This document shows, in pieces, positions 1 to 9,717 of a stretch of DNA of 50,960 nucleotides (its first letter is position 1; every line of letters starts with the position of its first letter). Position numbers and translations under genes: made by a program. Source of the stretch: Bacillota bacterium (GTDB lineage: Bacteria > Bacillota > Sulfobacillia > JAMDAP01); contig JBLNCQ010000069.1 in NCBI GenBank assembly GCA_050260815.1, forward strand, positions 1 through 50,960, given 5' to 3'. Below the pieces are notes generated by a model. It ran no database searches. It was given only the letters and a program-made list of their open reading frames with translations, and was not told the origin of the DNA.

Positions 1-167
1 TTGTGGGCCCCGCGCGGGGGCCGCCCCTTGGCTGGCGGCGCCCCCGCCCGGGGGTGGGGGCGGGCTTGCCCGCCCGCAACTTTGTTTATGTCCCCCCCGT
101 CTGAAGGGGCGTCGGGGTGGGCAAACTAGGGGAAACAAGCGGCAGTCGTGCGCGGGGGGATGGGGGA

Positions 168-1079
168 ATGCCGGTGCGGAGAATCTGGGTAGCGGCTCTT
201 CTGGTCTTTGTTCTGTCAACCGCGGGCGGCGCCGCGGCCGCCTCGCTGCACTTCGGCCGTACCGCGGCCCAGCCCCCGGGGGCACCTCCGCCGCCGCCGC
301 CGCACACGGTTACGGAAGAGGAGCCTGAACTGCGGGGCGAGGCGGCTCCCGAACCCGAGTCGCAGCCGGGGTCCACCCAGCCCGCCGCCGTCCCTGAGGA
401 GCCCCTGCCCAAGGGCGAGGGCAAGATTGCCATCATCATCGATGACATGGGCCAGAACCTGCCCGGCACCGCCGACTTGCTCCAGATTGACCGGCCTCTG
501 ACGTTCTCCTTCCTGCCGCACACCCCGCACTTTGAAACCGAGGTCAGCAAGGTGGAGGCCCGCGGCCAGGACGTCTTTCTGCACCTGCCCATGGAACCGC
601 TGCCGTCCACCGGCGCCAACCCTGGGCCCGACGCCATCACCACCGCCATGACGGACAACGAGATCCAGCAGCGCGTCCGCGAACTGGCCGCCACCCTCCC
701 CGGTGCCAGGGGCGCCAACAACCACATGGGCTCGCTGGCCACAGCCGACGGCCGTGTCATGCAGGACGTGGTGGCCGCACTGAAGTCCGTCGACCTCCCA
801 TTTGTGGACAGCCGGACGCAGCCCCAGTCGCTGGGGTATGAGACCGCCCGCGCGGCGGGCCTGCCCGCCGCCGCCAACAGCCTCTTCATCGACCGGGAGC
901 GCACCGTCCCGGCGGTCAAGGCGCGGCTGCGGCAGGCCGCACTGCTGGCGCAGAAGCACGGCGCCGTGATCATCATTGGGCATCCGCATCCCAGCGTGGC
1001 CCAGGCCATCCGCGAGATGATCCCCCTCTTCGACCAGGCGGGCATTGAACTGGTCTTCGCACGCCAACTTGCCCACTAA
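168..1079 (+). CDS. Divergent polysaccharide deacetylase family protein (YibQ-like) with N-terminal anchor and Pro-rich linker
   Basis: Motifs IAIIIDDMG, LHLPMEP, GANNHMGS, FVDSRT, IIIGHPHP; hydrophobic N-terminus; ATG at 168 after a G-rich SD. Confidence 0.9.
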   Translation: MPVRRIWVAALLVFVLSTAGGAAAASLHFGRTAAQPPGAPPPPPPHTVTEEEPELRGEAAPEPESQPGSTQPAAVPEEPLPKGEGKIAIIIDDMGQNLPGTADLLQIDRPLTFSFLPHTPHFETEVSKVEARGQDVFLHLPMEPLPSTGANPGPDAITTAMTDNEIQQRVRELAATLPGARGANNHMGSLATADGRVMQDVVAALKSVDLPFVDSRTQPQSLGYETARAAGLPAAANSLFIDRERTVPAVKARLRQAALLAQKHGAVIIIGHPHPSVAQAIREMIPLFDQAGIELVFARQLAH

Positions 1080-1091
1080 CAGACTCAAACA

Positions 1092-1143
1092 ACGCCCTCT
1101 CGGGCGTGGACTGTCGTCGCCGTCCGGGAGGGCGTCTTTGTTC
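1092..1143 (+). terminator. Probable intrinsic terminator
   Basis: Stem ACGCCCTCTCGGGCG/CGTCCGGGAGGGCGT followed by CTTTGTTC, just after the stop codon. Confidence 0.55.
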
Positions 1144-1270
1144 TACGGTTCAGAACGTTAAAGGGACACATGGGGGGCTGCAACCGCGGAGCCACAACAG
1201 GGGTGGCGATGGAAGGGCGCGGCGGACGGTCCTTACGGCACAACCATTTAGAGAAATTGAGTGAACCTGC

Positions 1271-1296
1271 AGGAATTTGGTGTCGACGACTCGAAT
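1271..1296 (+). promoter_or_regulatory. Sigma-H-like promoter upstream of livK
   Basis: gcAGGA-N18-GAAT, matching the B. subtilis sigH consensus spacing. Confidence 0.45.
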
Positions 1297-1429
1297 CAAC
1301 AGACCCAATATTCTCGCCACAGGTGTCCGCGGCGCGCACACAGGGGGTGAAGGAGCGCCAAGGGCGACAATCCAAGTCCGTGCGTGTGTTGTGCAGAGAC
1401 AGAGACCAACGCCAAGAGGGGGACGCAGT

Positions 1430-2623
1430 GTGAGGAAATTGGGCGCAAAGGGATTTCTTGCCCTGCTGCTGGTTGCGGCCATGGCCGTCACCTTGGCGGG
1501 CTGCAGCACTGGCGGCAGCTCCGGCGGAAGCAGCGACAAGGGCCCCATCAAGATCGGGTTCCTGGGTGCCAAGACGGGTAACGTTGCCATCTACGGTCTC
1601 AACGGCCTCAAGGGCCTCTACATGGCCCGGGATGAGATCAACGCCGCAGGCGGAGTTCTGGGGCGCCAGATCGAACTGCTGGAGGAGGACAATGCCGGCA
1701 CCAAGGAGCAGGCCCAGAACATCACCACCAAATACGTGACGCAGGACAAGGTGGCGGCCATCATTGGCGACCCCACCACGGGCATCACGCGCGTGGCCGG
1801 CCAGATCGCCAATGACAACCAGACCGTGATCATGTCCTTCGGCTCCACGGGCCAGGGCGTGGTGGAGATCGGTCCCTACGTCTTCCGCGACACCCTGCTT
1901 GACGCCGTCGCCGCTCCGGCCACGGCCAAGTGGCTGGTGGAGAAGAAGGGGTGGAAGAAGGCCGCCCTCATCACCTCCAAGAACAACGACTTCTCCGTCA
2001 GCGTCTCCAACCTGTTCCGGGACGCTTACAAGAAGGCGGGCGGCGAGATTGTCATTGAGGAGTCCGTTCAGGACGGCGATACCGACTTCTCCGGCCAGGT
2101 AACCAACATCAAGGCCAAGGGCCCGCAGGTCATCTTCTACTCCGGATACTACACCGAGGCAGCCCTGATCATGAAGGAAGTCCGCAAGCAGGGCATGGCG
2201 GACATCGTCATGGCCGGCGCGGACGGCCTGCAGGGTGCGGACTTCTGGAAGATCGGCGGCGAGGCGGTGGAGGGTTCCATCTCCTACGCCGGCTTCTCCC
2301 CGGAGCAGGCTTCGGGCAAGACCGCCGAGTTCATCCAGAAATTCAAGGCCAAGTACAATGAGGACCCTGACCTGTTTGCGGCCCAGGCCTACGATGCTTT
2401 GTACCTCATCGTCAACGCCATGAAGGCCGCGGGCAGCGCCGACCCCAAGGTCTATCATGAGAAGCTGGCGCAGACCAAGGACTACGACGGCGTCTCCGGC
2501 AAGATCAGCTTCCGTGAGAACCGGGAACCCCTGAAGAGCCCGGTCTACCTCCTGCAGGTGACCGGCGCCAAGGACCCGGCCACGGCCAAGTTCTCCCTGC
2601 TGGAAAAGGTTCCCGTGCAGTAG
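1430..2623 (+). CDS. livK: Branched-chain amino acid ABC transporter substrate-binding lipoprotein
   Basis: Lipobox LAGC; INAAGGVLGRQIEL; AAQAYDA; GTG start after GAGGGGG; heads the liv operon. Confidence 0.92.
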   Translation: MRKLGAKGFLALLLVAAMAVTLAGCSTGGSSGGSSDKGPIKIGFLGAKTGNVAIYGLNGLKGLYMARDEINAAGGVLGRQIELLEEDNAGTKEQAQNITTKYVTQDKVAAIIGDPTTGITRVAGQIANDNQTVIMSFGSTGQGVVEIGPYVFRDTLLDAVAAPATAKWLVEKKGWKKAALITSKNNDFSVSVSNLFRDAYKKAGGEIVIEESVQDGDTDFSGQVTNIKAKGPQVIFYSGYYTEAALIMKEVRKQGMADIVMAGADGLQGADFWKIGGEAVEGSISYAGFSPEQASGKTAEFIQKFKAKYNEDPDLFAAQAYDALYLIVNAMKAAGSADPKVYHEKLAQTKDYDGVSGKISFRENREPLKSPVYLLQVTGAKDPATAKFSLLEKVPVQ

Positions 2624-2639
2624 CAACGGCTCGTCATGA

Positions 2640-2672
2640 GGGGCGAGGCGTCCTGGCGACGCCCCCCTTTTT
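2640..2672 (+). terminator. Stem-loop with U-tract after livK (attenuating or stabilising)
   Basis: GGCGTC-ctggc-GACGCC with flanking GGGG/CCCC and TTTTT. Confidence 0.5.
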
Positions 2673-2764
2673 GTCTGGACCTGGCGCGGGCGGCCGGTTC
2701 CTACCCCGCCGCCCGCGGCGGTTTCGGAGCCGCGGCCTCCGGCAAGCCCGAAGGAGGGAAGTGT

Positions 2765-3652
2765 GTGGCCCAGATTCTGCAGCAGTTGGTGAACGGCCTG
2801 GCCTTGGGCAGCATCTACGCCCTGATTGCCCTTGGCTACACCATGGTCTACGGCATCATAGCCATGATCAACTTTGCCTATGGCGAAATCTATATGTTCG
2901 GCGCCTTCACCGGCCTCTTTCTGGCCCTGACCTGGAAGGCGAACCTGTATGTGGCCATCCTCGGCGCTATGGCCTTCACCACTGCACTGGGCCTGGTGGT
3001 GGAACTGGTGGCCTATCGCCCGCTGCGGCGGAGCCGCCAGGCGGGGCGTCTGTCAGCTCTGATCAGCGCCATTGGCGCCTCGATCTTCCTGTCCACGCTG
3101 ATGGTGCTGCTGCACGGACCCAGCACCACGTCCTTCCCCGCCCTGTTCACCAACCGCAACTTCAGCCTGGGCGCGGCCAGCGTCTCGGTCTACCAGATTC
3201 TCATCGTCGGGGTGTCAGCCCTGCTGATGGCCGGACTTGAGCTCTTTGTGCGCTACACCAAGACCGGCCGCGCCATGCGTGCCGTGGCCCAGGATACGGA
3301 TGCCGCGGCCCTGATGGGGGTCAACAACGACCTGATCATCGCCATCACCTTTGCCGTGGGGTCGGCCCTGGCTGGTGCCGGCGGCGTACTGGCCGGGATC
3401 TACTTCAACGCCGTCCAGCCCTACATGGGACTGATGGCCGGCCTGAAGGCCTTTGCGGCGGCCGTCCTGGGCGGCATTGGCAGCATCCCCGGCGCCGTGG
3501 TGGGCGGCCTGCTCATCGGCATGGCCGAGATCATGGGCGTGGCCGCCAAACTGTCCCAATGGAAGGACGCCTTCGCATTCACCATTCTCATCATCGTTCT
3601 GCTGGTCAAGCCCTCCGGCCTCCTGGGCAGGAGCAGCATCAAGAAGGTGTAG
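2765..3652 (+). CDS. livH: BCAA ABC transporter permease
   Basis: QQLVNGLALGSIYALIALGYTMVYG, GRAMRAVAQD, KAFAAAVLGGIGSIPGA; SD AAGGAGG then GTG. Confidence 0.93.
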   Translation: MAQILQQLVNGLALGSIYALIALGYTMVYGIIAMINFAYGEIYMFGAFTGLFLALTWKANLYVAILGAMAFTTALGLVVELVAYRPLRRSRQAGRLSALISAIGASIFLSTLMVLLHGPSTTSFPALFTNRNFSLGAASVSVYQILIVGVSALLMAGLELFVRYTKTGRAMRAVAQDTDAAALMGVNNDLIIAITFAVGSALAGAGGVLAGIYFNAVQPYMGLMAGLKAFAAAVLGGIGSIPGAVVGGLLIGMAEIMGVAAKLSQWKDAFAFTILIIVLLVKPSGLLGRSSIKKV

Positions 3653-4696
3653 GTGAACACCGTGGAACAGAGCGTCATCTCTCCAGCACCCGGGGCACCT
3701 ACGTCTCCCCGGTCTCCTTCCTGGCTGCTGCTCTGGCCGGTCCAGGCGGTCCTGGCACTGGTTGGCCTGATGGTGGTTTGGCTTGTGGGCGAGATGCTGC
3801 AGCAGGTCATTCCCGCCTACCAGCGCCAGATCGTGCTCTTCATGGGTATCAACCTGATCGTCACGCTGGGCCTGAACCTGATCACCGGCGTGACCGGACA
3901 GCTCTCTCTGGGGCATGCCGCGTTCATGGCCATTGGCGCCTACACGGCCGCCATCTGCACCGTTGCCTACCACCTGCCCTTTGCCCTGGCGCTTCTGCTG
4001 GGCGGACTGGTGGCCGCCCTGTTCGGTGTGGTGCTCGGTTTCCCCACTCTGCGCCTCTCCGGCGACTATTTGGCCATTGCCACTCTTGGCTTCGCGGAAA
4101 TTGTGCGAGTGGTCAACACCAATCTGACCATCACCAACGGCGCCATTGGCTACTACGGCATCCAGAGGCAAGTGGACCTGGCCCTGGTCATGGCCCTGGC
4201 GGCCGCCGCCGTGGCGTGCCTGGCGTGGCTGGAGAATTCCCGCAACGGCAGGGCTATGCGGGCCGTGCGCGAGGATGAGATCGCGGCCACCGCCTCCGGT
4301 GTCAACACCACCTTCTACAAGATCCAGGCCTTCGCCGTGGGCGCCTTCTTCGCGGGCGTGGGCGGCGGACTGTATGCGCATACCACCTCCTTCATCCAGC
4401 CCACGGACTTTGGATTTCTCAAGTCGATAGAGCAACTGAGCATGGTGGTGCTGGGCGGGATGGGCAGCATTGCCGGAACAGCCGTGGGCACCGTTGTGCT
4501 GACCGCGGCCCCGGAACTCCTGCGCTTCATGAGCAATTACCGCATGCTGGTCTACGGCGCGGTCCTGATTGTGCTGATGATCTTCCGACCGAGCGGTCTA
4601 CTGGGCGGGGTTAACCTTCGGGAAGCCGTTCGCCGGGCCCTGCTGTTGGGCCGCTCCCGCACGGCCCGGACCACTGTGGGGGGTGACGGCCAGTGA
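3653..4696 (+). CDS. livM: BCAA ABC transporter permease
   Basis: GQLSLGHAAFMAIGAY, LRLSGDYLAIATLGFAEI, RAVREDEIAA. Confidence 0.93.
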   Translation: MNTVEQSVISPAPGAPTSPRSPSWLLLWPVQAVLALVGLMVVWLVGEMLQQVIPAYQRQIVLFMGINLIVTLGLNLITGVTGQLSLGHAAFMAIGAYTAAICTVAYHLPFALALLLGGLVAALFGVVLGFPTLRLSGDYLAIATLGFAEIVRVVNTNLTITNGAIGYYGIQRQVDLALVMALAAAAVACLAWLENSRNGRAMRAVREDEIAATASGVNTTFYKIQAFAVGAFFAGVGGGLYAHTTSFIQPTDFGFLKSIEQLSMVVLGGMGSIAGTAVGTVVLTAAPELLRFMSNYRMLVYGAVLIVLMIFRPSGLLGGVNLREAVRRALLLGRSRTARTTVGGDGQ

Positions 4697-5544
4697 GCGA
4701 AGCCATTCTGGATCTTCAAGTCGTGACCCTCCGCTTTGGCGGTCTGGTGGCAGTCGACAGCGTCAGCATGGACGTCCGCCAGGGCGAGATTCGGGCCCTG
4801 ATCGGCCCCAACGGGGCCGGCAAGAGCACCATCTTCAACCTGGTCACCGGCGTGTACCGGCCCAACCAGGGGTCCATCCGCTATGGCCAGCAGCCGCTCA
4901 ACGGCGTGCCGCCCTACCGGCTGGCCGGCCTGGGCATCGCCCGCACCTTCCAGAACATTCGTCTGTTCCCCAACCTCAGCCTGATGGAGAACGTGCTCAT
5001 TGGCGAGCACTCCCGCGGGCGCAGCGGCCTGGCAGGGGCCGTGCTCCGGCTGCCCTCGTTCCGCCAGGAGGAGGAGCGCCTGGGCCTTCAGGCGTGGGAG
5101 GCACTGGCCTTCATGGGCCTGGACGGTAAGGCCGACGAACTGGCCAAGAACCTTCCCTACGGCGAGCAGCGCCGGCTGGAAATCGCCCGCGCTCTGGCCT
5201 CACAGCCGCGGCTCCTGCTGCTGGATGAGCCGGCGGCGGGCATGAACCCGCAGGAGAAGTCCACGCTGATGGAGACGATCCGGCGGATTCGCGACACGGG
5301 CATCACGGTCTTCCTCATTGAGCACGACATGCGCGTGGTGATGGGGATTTCCGACCGGGTAGCGGTGCTCAACTACGGCAAGAAGATTGCCGACGGGCTT
5401 CCGTCCGAAGTGCGCCAGGACCAGGGCGTGGTGGAGGCCTATCTGGGCACGGGCGGCGGCAGGCGCGAGCGGCGTCGCCGGCAGCCCGCTCCCGCGTCGC
5501 CCGGGGCTGCCATGGAAGGAGGTGCGGGCCATGTTGGTGATTGA
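4693..5544 (+). CDS. livG: BCAA ABC transporter ATP-binding protein
   Basis: Walker [33 protein letters not shown]; GTGA overlap with livM. Confidence 0.93.
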   Translation: MSEAILDLQVVTLRFGGLVAVDSVSMDVRQGEIRALIGPNGAGKSTIFNLVTGVYRPNQGSIRYGQQPLNGVPPYRLAGLGIARTFQNIRLFPNLSLMENVLIGEHSRGRSGLAGAVLRLPSFRQEEERLGLQAWEALAFMGLDGKADELAKNLPYGEQRRLEIARALASQPRLLLLDEPAAGMNPQEKSTLMETIRRIRDTGITVFLIEHDMRVVMGISDRVAVLNYGKKIADGLPSEVRQDQGVVEAYLGTGGGRRERRRRQPAPASPGAAMEGGAGHVGD

Positions 5545-6265
5545 GGAGCTGCAGGTCTCCTATGGGGCCATCACCGCCCTGCACGGCATCTCCCTGGAGG
5601 TGCGAGAGGGCGAGATTGTGGCCCTCATTGGCGCCAACGGCGCCGGCAAGAGCACCACACTGCGCACCATCTCGGGCCTGGTTCGGCCGGCGCAGCAGAC
5701 CAGCCGCATCTCCTTTCGCGGCGAAACGCTCTTCGGCCACGACGCCAGGGGGAGGCACCACAGCACGCCGCCCCACCGGCTGGTAGAGATGGGCATTTCT
5801 CACGTCCCCGAGGGAAGGCGCATCTTTCCGGAGATGACGGTGCGCGAGAACCTGCTGATGGGCGCCTACTCCCGCCGCGATCGGCGGCTGGGCGAAGCCT
5901 TTGAGCGCGTTTATGCCCGCTTTCCGCGCCTGAAGGAGCGGGAGGGCCAGGTGGCCGGCACGCTCTCCGGCGGCGAACAGCAGATGCTGTCCATGGGCCG
6001 GGCCTTGATGTCTCGCCCCCGCCTGATGCTGATGGACGAGCCGTCCATGGGCCTGGCGCCCATGCTGGTGGAGGAGATCTTCTCCATCATTGACGAGATC
6101 AACGCCGACGGCACCACGGTGCTGCTGGTGGAGCAGAACGCCCAGATGGCCCTGTCTATCGCCGATAGGGCCTACGTGCTGGAGACGGGACGCATCGCGC
6201 TGGCCGGTGCGGCCGAGGAGCTGGCCCGGGACGAGAGCGTCCGCAAGGCCTACCTGGGGGAGTAG
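5531..6265 (+). CDS. livF: BCAA ABC transporter ATP-binding protein
   Basis: GANGAGKS, VPEGRRIF, LSGGEQQM, DEPSMGLAP; SD GGAGG then ATG at 5531. Confidence 0.93.
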   Translation: MLVIEELQVSYGAITALHGISLEVREGEIVALIGANGAGKSTTLRTISGLVRPAQQTSRISFRGETLFGHDARGRHHSTPPHRLVEMGISHVPEGRRIFPEMTVRENLLMGAYSRRDRRLGEAFERVYARFPRLKEREGQVAGTLSGGEQQMLSMGRALMSRPRLMLMDEPSMGLAPMLVEEIFSIIDEINADGTTVLLVEQNAQMALSIADRAYVLETGRIALAGAAEELARDESVRKAYLGE

Positions 6266-6318
6266 CGGACAGGGCACCGCGCGGCAGACGCTGCACGCAA
6301 GACAAAGAGCGCAAGCGC

Positions 6319-6347
6319 GAACGGGACCGCCTGGGGCGGTCCCGTTC
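6319..6347 (+). terminator. 13-bp perfect hairpin after livF
   Basis: GAACGGGACCGCC-tgg-GGCGGTCCCGTTC; no U-tract follows. Confidence 0.5.
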
Positions 6348-7448
6348 CGTGACTTTGGCGTTCCTATCTCCGCTGCCGCCGGAGTTGTCTCGGTCTACCT
6401 CCTGGCCACCGGCCTGGGTGGCCTGGCCCTGGGTCGGCTGGGCGACCGCATCGGCAGGAAGAGCGTGATTCTCCTCTCTCTGGCCGCCTTCGGCCTGTTC
6501 AACGCTCTGGTGGGCTACGTCCACACTCTCTGGTTGGTCGGCCTGCTACGTGCTGCGGTGGGATTTACCGTAGGCGGACTCTGGTCCGCGGCGGCCTCTC
6601 TGGTATCGGAAACATGGCCCTCGCAAGGCCGCGCCACCGCCGTAGCCGCCATGCAGACCGGCTGGTCCGTGGGCAGCCTCCTGGCTGCCTTGTTCGCCTT
6701 CACCCTGCTGCCCCGCATAGGGTGGCAGGGGCTCTTCGCCACTGCTGCCATGCCGGCCCTGGCTGTGATGTTCTTCGCCACGTTCTTCGTCAGCGAATCG
6801 CCCCTGTGGCTCCGACTTCGTCTGGAGAGAGACGCGTCGGGCGGCGGCTGGACGCAGCTGTTCGCTCCGGTTCACCGCAGCACTACGCTGCTGGGGCTGC
6901 TGGTGTCCGCCTGCGGCATGTACGGTTTCTGGATCCTGACCACCTTCCTGCCCAGCTACCTGGACGCCACCCTCCAGGTGGGCATGGCCCGGTCCGCCAC
7001 TTTCCTGGTCTGGCTGGGCGTGGGCGGCAGCGCCGGGTACCTGGGATTCGGCCTGCTGGCCGATCGCTTTGGGCGCCGCCGGACGTTCCTGGGGTTCTTC
7101 CTCGGCATGGCGTTGATGGTGCCCCTCTACACCTGGCTGGTCAGCCGCTGGGGCGTGACCTTCCTGGCCCCCGCGACGTTCGTGCTGGGGTTCCTGACCG
7201 GTTACTTCTCGGGCTATGGCTCCTGGTTCGCGGAGCTCTTTCCCACCAGCCTGCGGTCTACCGCCAGCGGCTTCTGCTTCAACGGCGGCCGCGCCGCAGC
7301 CGCCGTTGGTCCCATCGTGGTGGCGCGGCTGGTGCCGGTGATAGGCTTCAACCTGGCGATCGGCACGGCGGCTGTGGGCTACGTCCTGGCCGCGCTGGTG
7401 GTCCTGGGTCTGCGAGAGACCCGCGGCCAGGAGCTCGGACTGGACTAG
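6348..7448 (+). pseudogene. MFS transporter, apparently 5'-truncated (TM1 and start missing)
   Basis: MFS motif A GRLGDRIGRK and GLLADRFGRR, ELFPTSLRSTA. MFS-like sequence starts abruptly at the TM1-TM2 loop (RDFGVPISAAAG) directly after the hairpin, with no SD or start codon. Confidence 0.65.
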
Positions 7449-7579
7449 GGCGGAGATTGGTTATTCACAGGTGAAGACCCGGGCCTGGCCCGGGTCATGG
7501 TGCGATGCGTACTCTTGCGTGCCGTACCTGCCTGCCGCCCGGCTACATCTCCGCTGCCGGGTTCCCTGCACCGCCTTTA

Positions 7580-7588
7580 TGCTATAAT
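7580..7588 (+). promoter_or_regulatory. Extended -10 promoter for uvrB
   Basis: TGcTATAAT 36 nt upstream of the start; SD GGAGGTG follows. Confidence 0.6.
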
Positions 7589-7623
7589 TGGGCCAGTCCG
7601 CGCAGCCGTGGAGGTGACGGGAC

Positions 7624-9606
7624 GTGCCTGAGTTCAAGCTTGTAGCTCCCTTTGAGCCCACCGGCGACCAGCCCCGGGCGATCCACGAACTGGCCCGAGG
7701 CATCCAGGCGGGCAAGAAGGATCAGATTCTGCTGGGCGTGACCGGCAGCGGCAAGACCTTTGTCATGGCCAACGTCATCCAGAAGGTTCAAAAGCCCACG
7801 CTGGTGGTGGCCCACAACAAGATTCTGGCCGCCCAGCTGGCGGCGGAATTCCGCGAGTTCTTCCCGCACAACTCCGTGGAGTACTTCGTCAGCTACTACG
7901 ACTACTACCAGCCCGAGGCCTACATCGCCACCACCGACACCTATATCGAAAAAGACGCCCTGATCAACGACGAGATCGACAAACTGCGCCACTCCGCCAC
8001 GGCGGCCCTGTTTGAGCGACGTGACGTCATCATTGTCGCCTCGGTCTCCTGCATCTACGGCCTGGGCTCGCCGGAGGACTACCGCGACCTGTCCGTATCC
8101 CTGCGCGTGGGCATGCAGAAGGATCGGGACGAGGTCCTGCGCAAACTGGTGGAGATCCAGTACGAGCGCAACGACATCAACTTCACCCGCGACAAGTTCC
8201 GGGTGCGGGGCGACGTCCTGGAGATCTTCCCCGCCAGCTACACGGAGCGGGCCATCCGCGTGGAGTTCTTCGGGGACGAGATTGAACGCATCTCCGAATT
8301 TGACGTCCTGACCGGCGAGGTGCTGGGCGACATGAAGCACGCCCTCATCTTCCCCGCCAGCCACTACGTGACTACCAGCGACAAGCGCGAGCGGGCCCTG
8401 GCCAGCATTGAGGCCGAGCTGGACGAGCGCTTGAAGGTCCTTCGTCAGCAAGACAAGCTGCTGGAGGCCCAGCGGCTGGAGCAGCGCACCCGCTACGACC
8501 TCGAGATGCTGCGCGAGGTCGGCCACTGCAGCGGCATTGAGAACTACAGCCGGCACCTGACCGGCCGACAGCCCGGCGAGCCGCCCTACACCCTGCTGGA
8601 TTTCTTCCCCAAGGATTGGCTGCTGATTGTGGACGAGTCGCACCAGACCATCCCGCAGATCGGCGCCATGTACAACGGCGACATGTCCCGCAAGAGCGCC
8701 TTGGTGGACTACGGCTTCCGCCTGCCCTCCGCCAGGGACAATCGGCCGCTGAAGTTTGAGGAGTTCGAGAGCAAGCTGAACCAGTCCATCTTTGTCTCCG
8801 CCACGCCGGGGCCCTACGAGCTGGAGCGCACCCGGGACGTGGTGGAGTTGATCGTGCGCCCCACCGGGCTGCTGGACCCGGAGGTGGAGGTGCGGCCCAT
8901 CAAGGGCCAGATCGATGACCTGGTGGGAGAGATCCGGCAGCGCATCGCCAGGTCCCAGCGCGTTCTGGTGACCACCCTGACCAAGAAGATGGCCGAGGAC
9001 CTTACGGATTATCTGAAGGAACTGGGCCTGAAGGTCCGCTACATGCACTCGGACATTGACACGCTGGAGCGCATGCAGATCGTCCGCGACCTGCGGCTGG
9101 GCGTGTTTGACGTGCTGGTGGGCATCAACCTGCTGCGCGAGGGCCTGGACCTGCCGGAGGTCACCCTGGTGGCCATCCTGGACGCCGACAAGGAGGGCTT
9201 CCTGCGCGGCGAGCGCTCGCTGATCCAGACCATTGGCCGCGCCGCCCGCAACGTGGAGGGCAAGGTCATCATGTACGCGGACACCATGACCGACTCCATG
9301 CGCAAGGCCATCTCCGAAACGAATCGCCGCCGCCTTATCCAGCGCCAGTACAACGAGGCCCACGGCATCACGCCGCGGACCATCGTTAAGCCGGTGCGGG
9401 ACGTCATTGAGGCCACCAAGGCGGCGGAAAAGCCCGACCAGTATCTGGTGGACTTCGACCTGGACAAGATCAGGCCGCGCGAGGTGCCCAACCTGGTGGA
9501 GCGCCTGAAGAAGGAGATGAAGGAGGCGGCCAGGCAGCTGGAGTTCGAGCGGGCCGCCGAACTTCGCGATCTCATCATGGAGCTGGAGAAGAAGAGGTAT
9601 GCTTGA
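7624..9606 (+). CDS. uvrB: Excinuclease ABC subunit B
   Basis: GVTGSGKT, beta-hairpin [29 protein letters not shown]-terminal UVR domain [11 protein letters not shown]. Confidence 0.98.
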   Translation: MPEFKLVAPFEPTGDQPRAIHELARGIQAGKKDQILLGVTGSGKTFVMANVIQKVQKPTLVVAHNKILAAQLAAEFREFFPHNSVEYFVSYYDYYQPEAYIATTDTYIEKDALINDEIDKLRHSATAALFERRDVIIVASVSCIYGLGSPEDYRDLSVSLRVGMQKDRDEVLRKLVEIQYERNDINFTRDKFRVRGDVLEIFPASYTERAIRVEFFGDEIERISEFDVLTGEVLGDMKHALIFPASHYVTTSDKRERALASIEAELDERLKVLRQQDKLLEAQRLEQRTRYDLEMLREVGHCSGIENYSRHLTGRQPGEPPYTLLDFFPKDWLLIVDESHQTIPQIGAMYNGDMSRKSALVDYGFRLPSARDNRPLKFEEFESKLNQSIFVSATPGPYELERTRDVVELIVRPTGLLDPEVEVRPIKGQIDDLVGEIRQRIARSQRVLVTTLTKKMAEDLTDYLKELGLKVRYMHSDIDTLERMQIVRDLRLGVFDVLVGINLLREGLDLPEVTLVAILDADKEGFLRGERSLIQTIGRAARNVEGKVIMYADTMTDSMRKAISETNRRRLIQRQYNEAHGITPRTIVKPVRDVIEATKAAEKPDQYLVDFDLDKIRPREVPNLVERLKKEMKEAARQLEFERAAELRDLIMELEKKRYA

Positions 9607-9715
9607 CTTCCTCCCCACGGCTGAAGCCGGGGCGAGTTCACTGCGGCCTTCTTGTGACTTCGCAGGGCTGTTGGCTCCTCCCGGCGAAGGGAGACGTACA
9701 AGTCGGAGATCAGAG
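9603..9715 (-). mobile_element. Orphan IS200/IS605-family right end / omegaRNA-like remnant (no tnpA or tnpB in window)
   Basis: Minus strand reads ...CTGCGAAGT...GAACTCGCCCCGGCTTCAGCCGTGGGGAGGAAGTCAA|, i.e. GAAY guide, CCCCGGCTTCAGCCGTGGGG hairpin and TCAA terminus. Inner (high-coordinate) boundary is uncertain. Confidence 0.7.
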
Positions 9716-9717
9716 AG

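Noticed and set aside
1-80. Very GC-rich inverted repeats at the window start
   Set aside because: Truncated context; probably a terminator of an upstream gene and no recognisable RNA family
1245-1425. CodY box, T-box or riboswitch in the livK leader
   Set aside because: Best CodY-like matches have about 5 mismatches; no T-box consensus, leader terminator or recognisable aptamer
6090-6347. N-terminal part of the 452-aa ORF 6090..7448
   Set aside because: It overlaps livF out of frame and crosses the hairpin; not MFS-like
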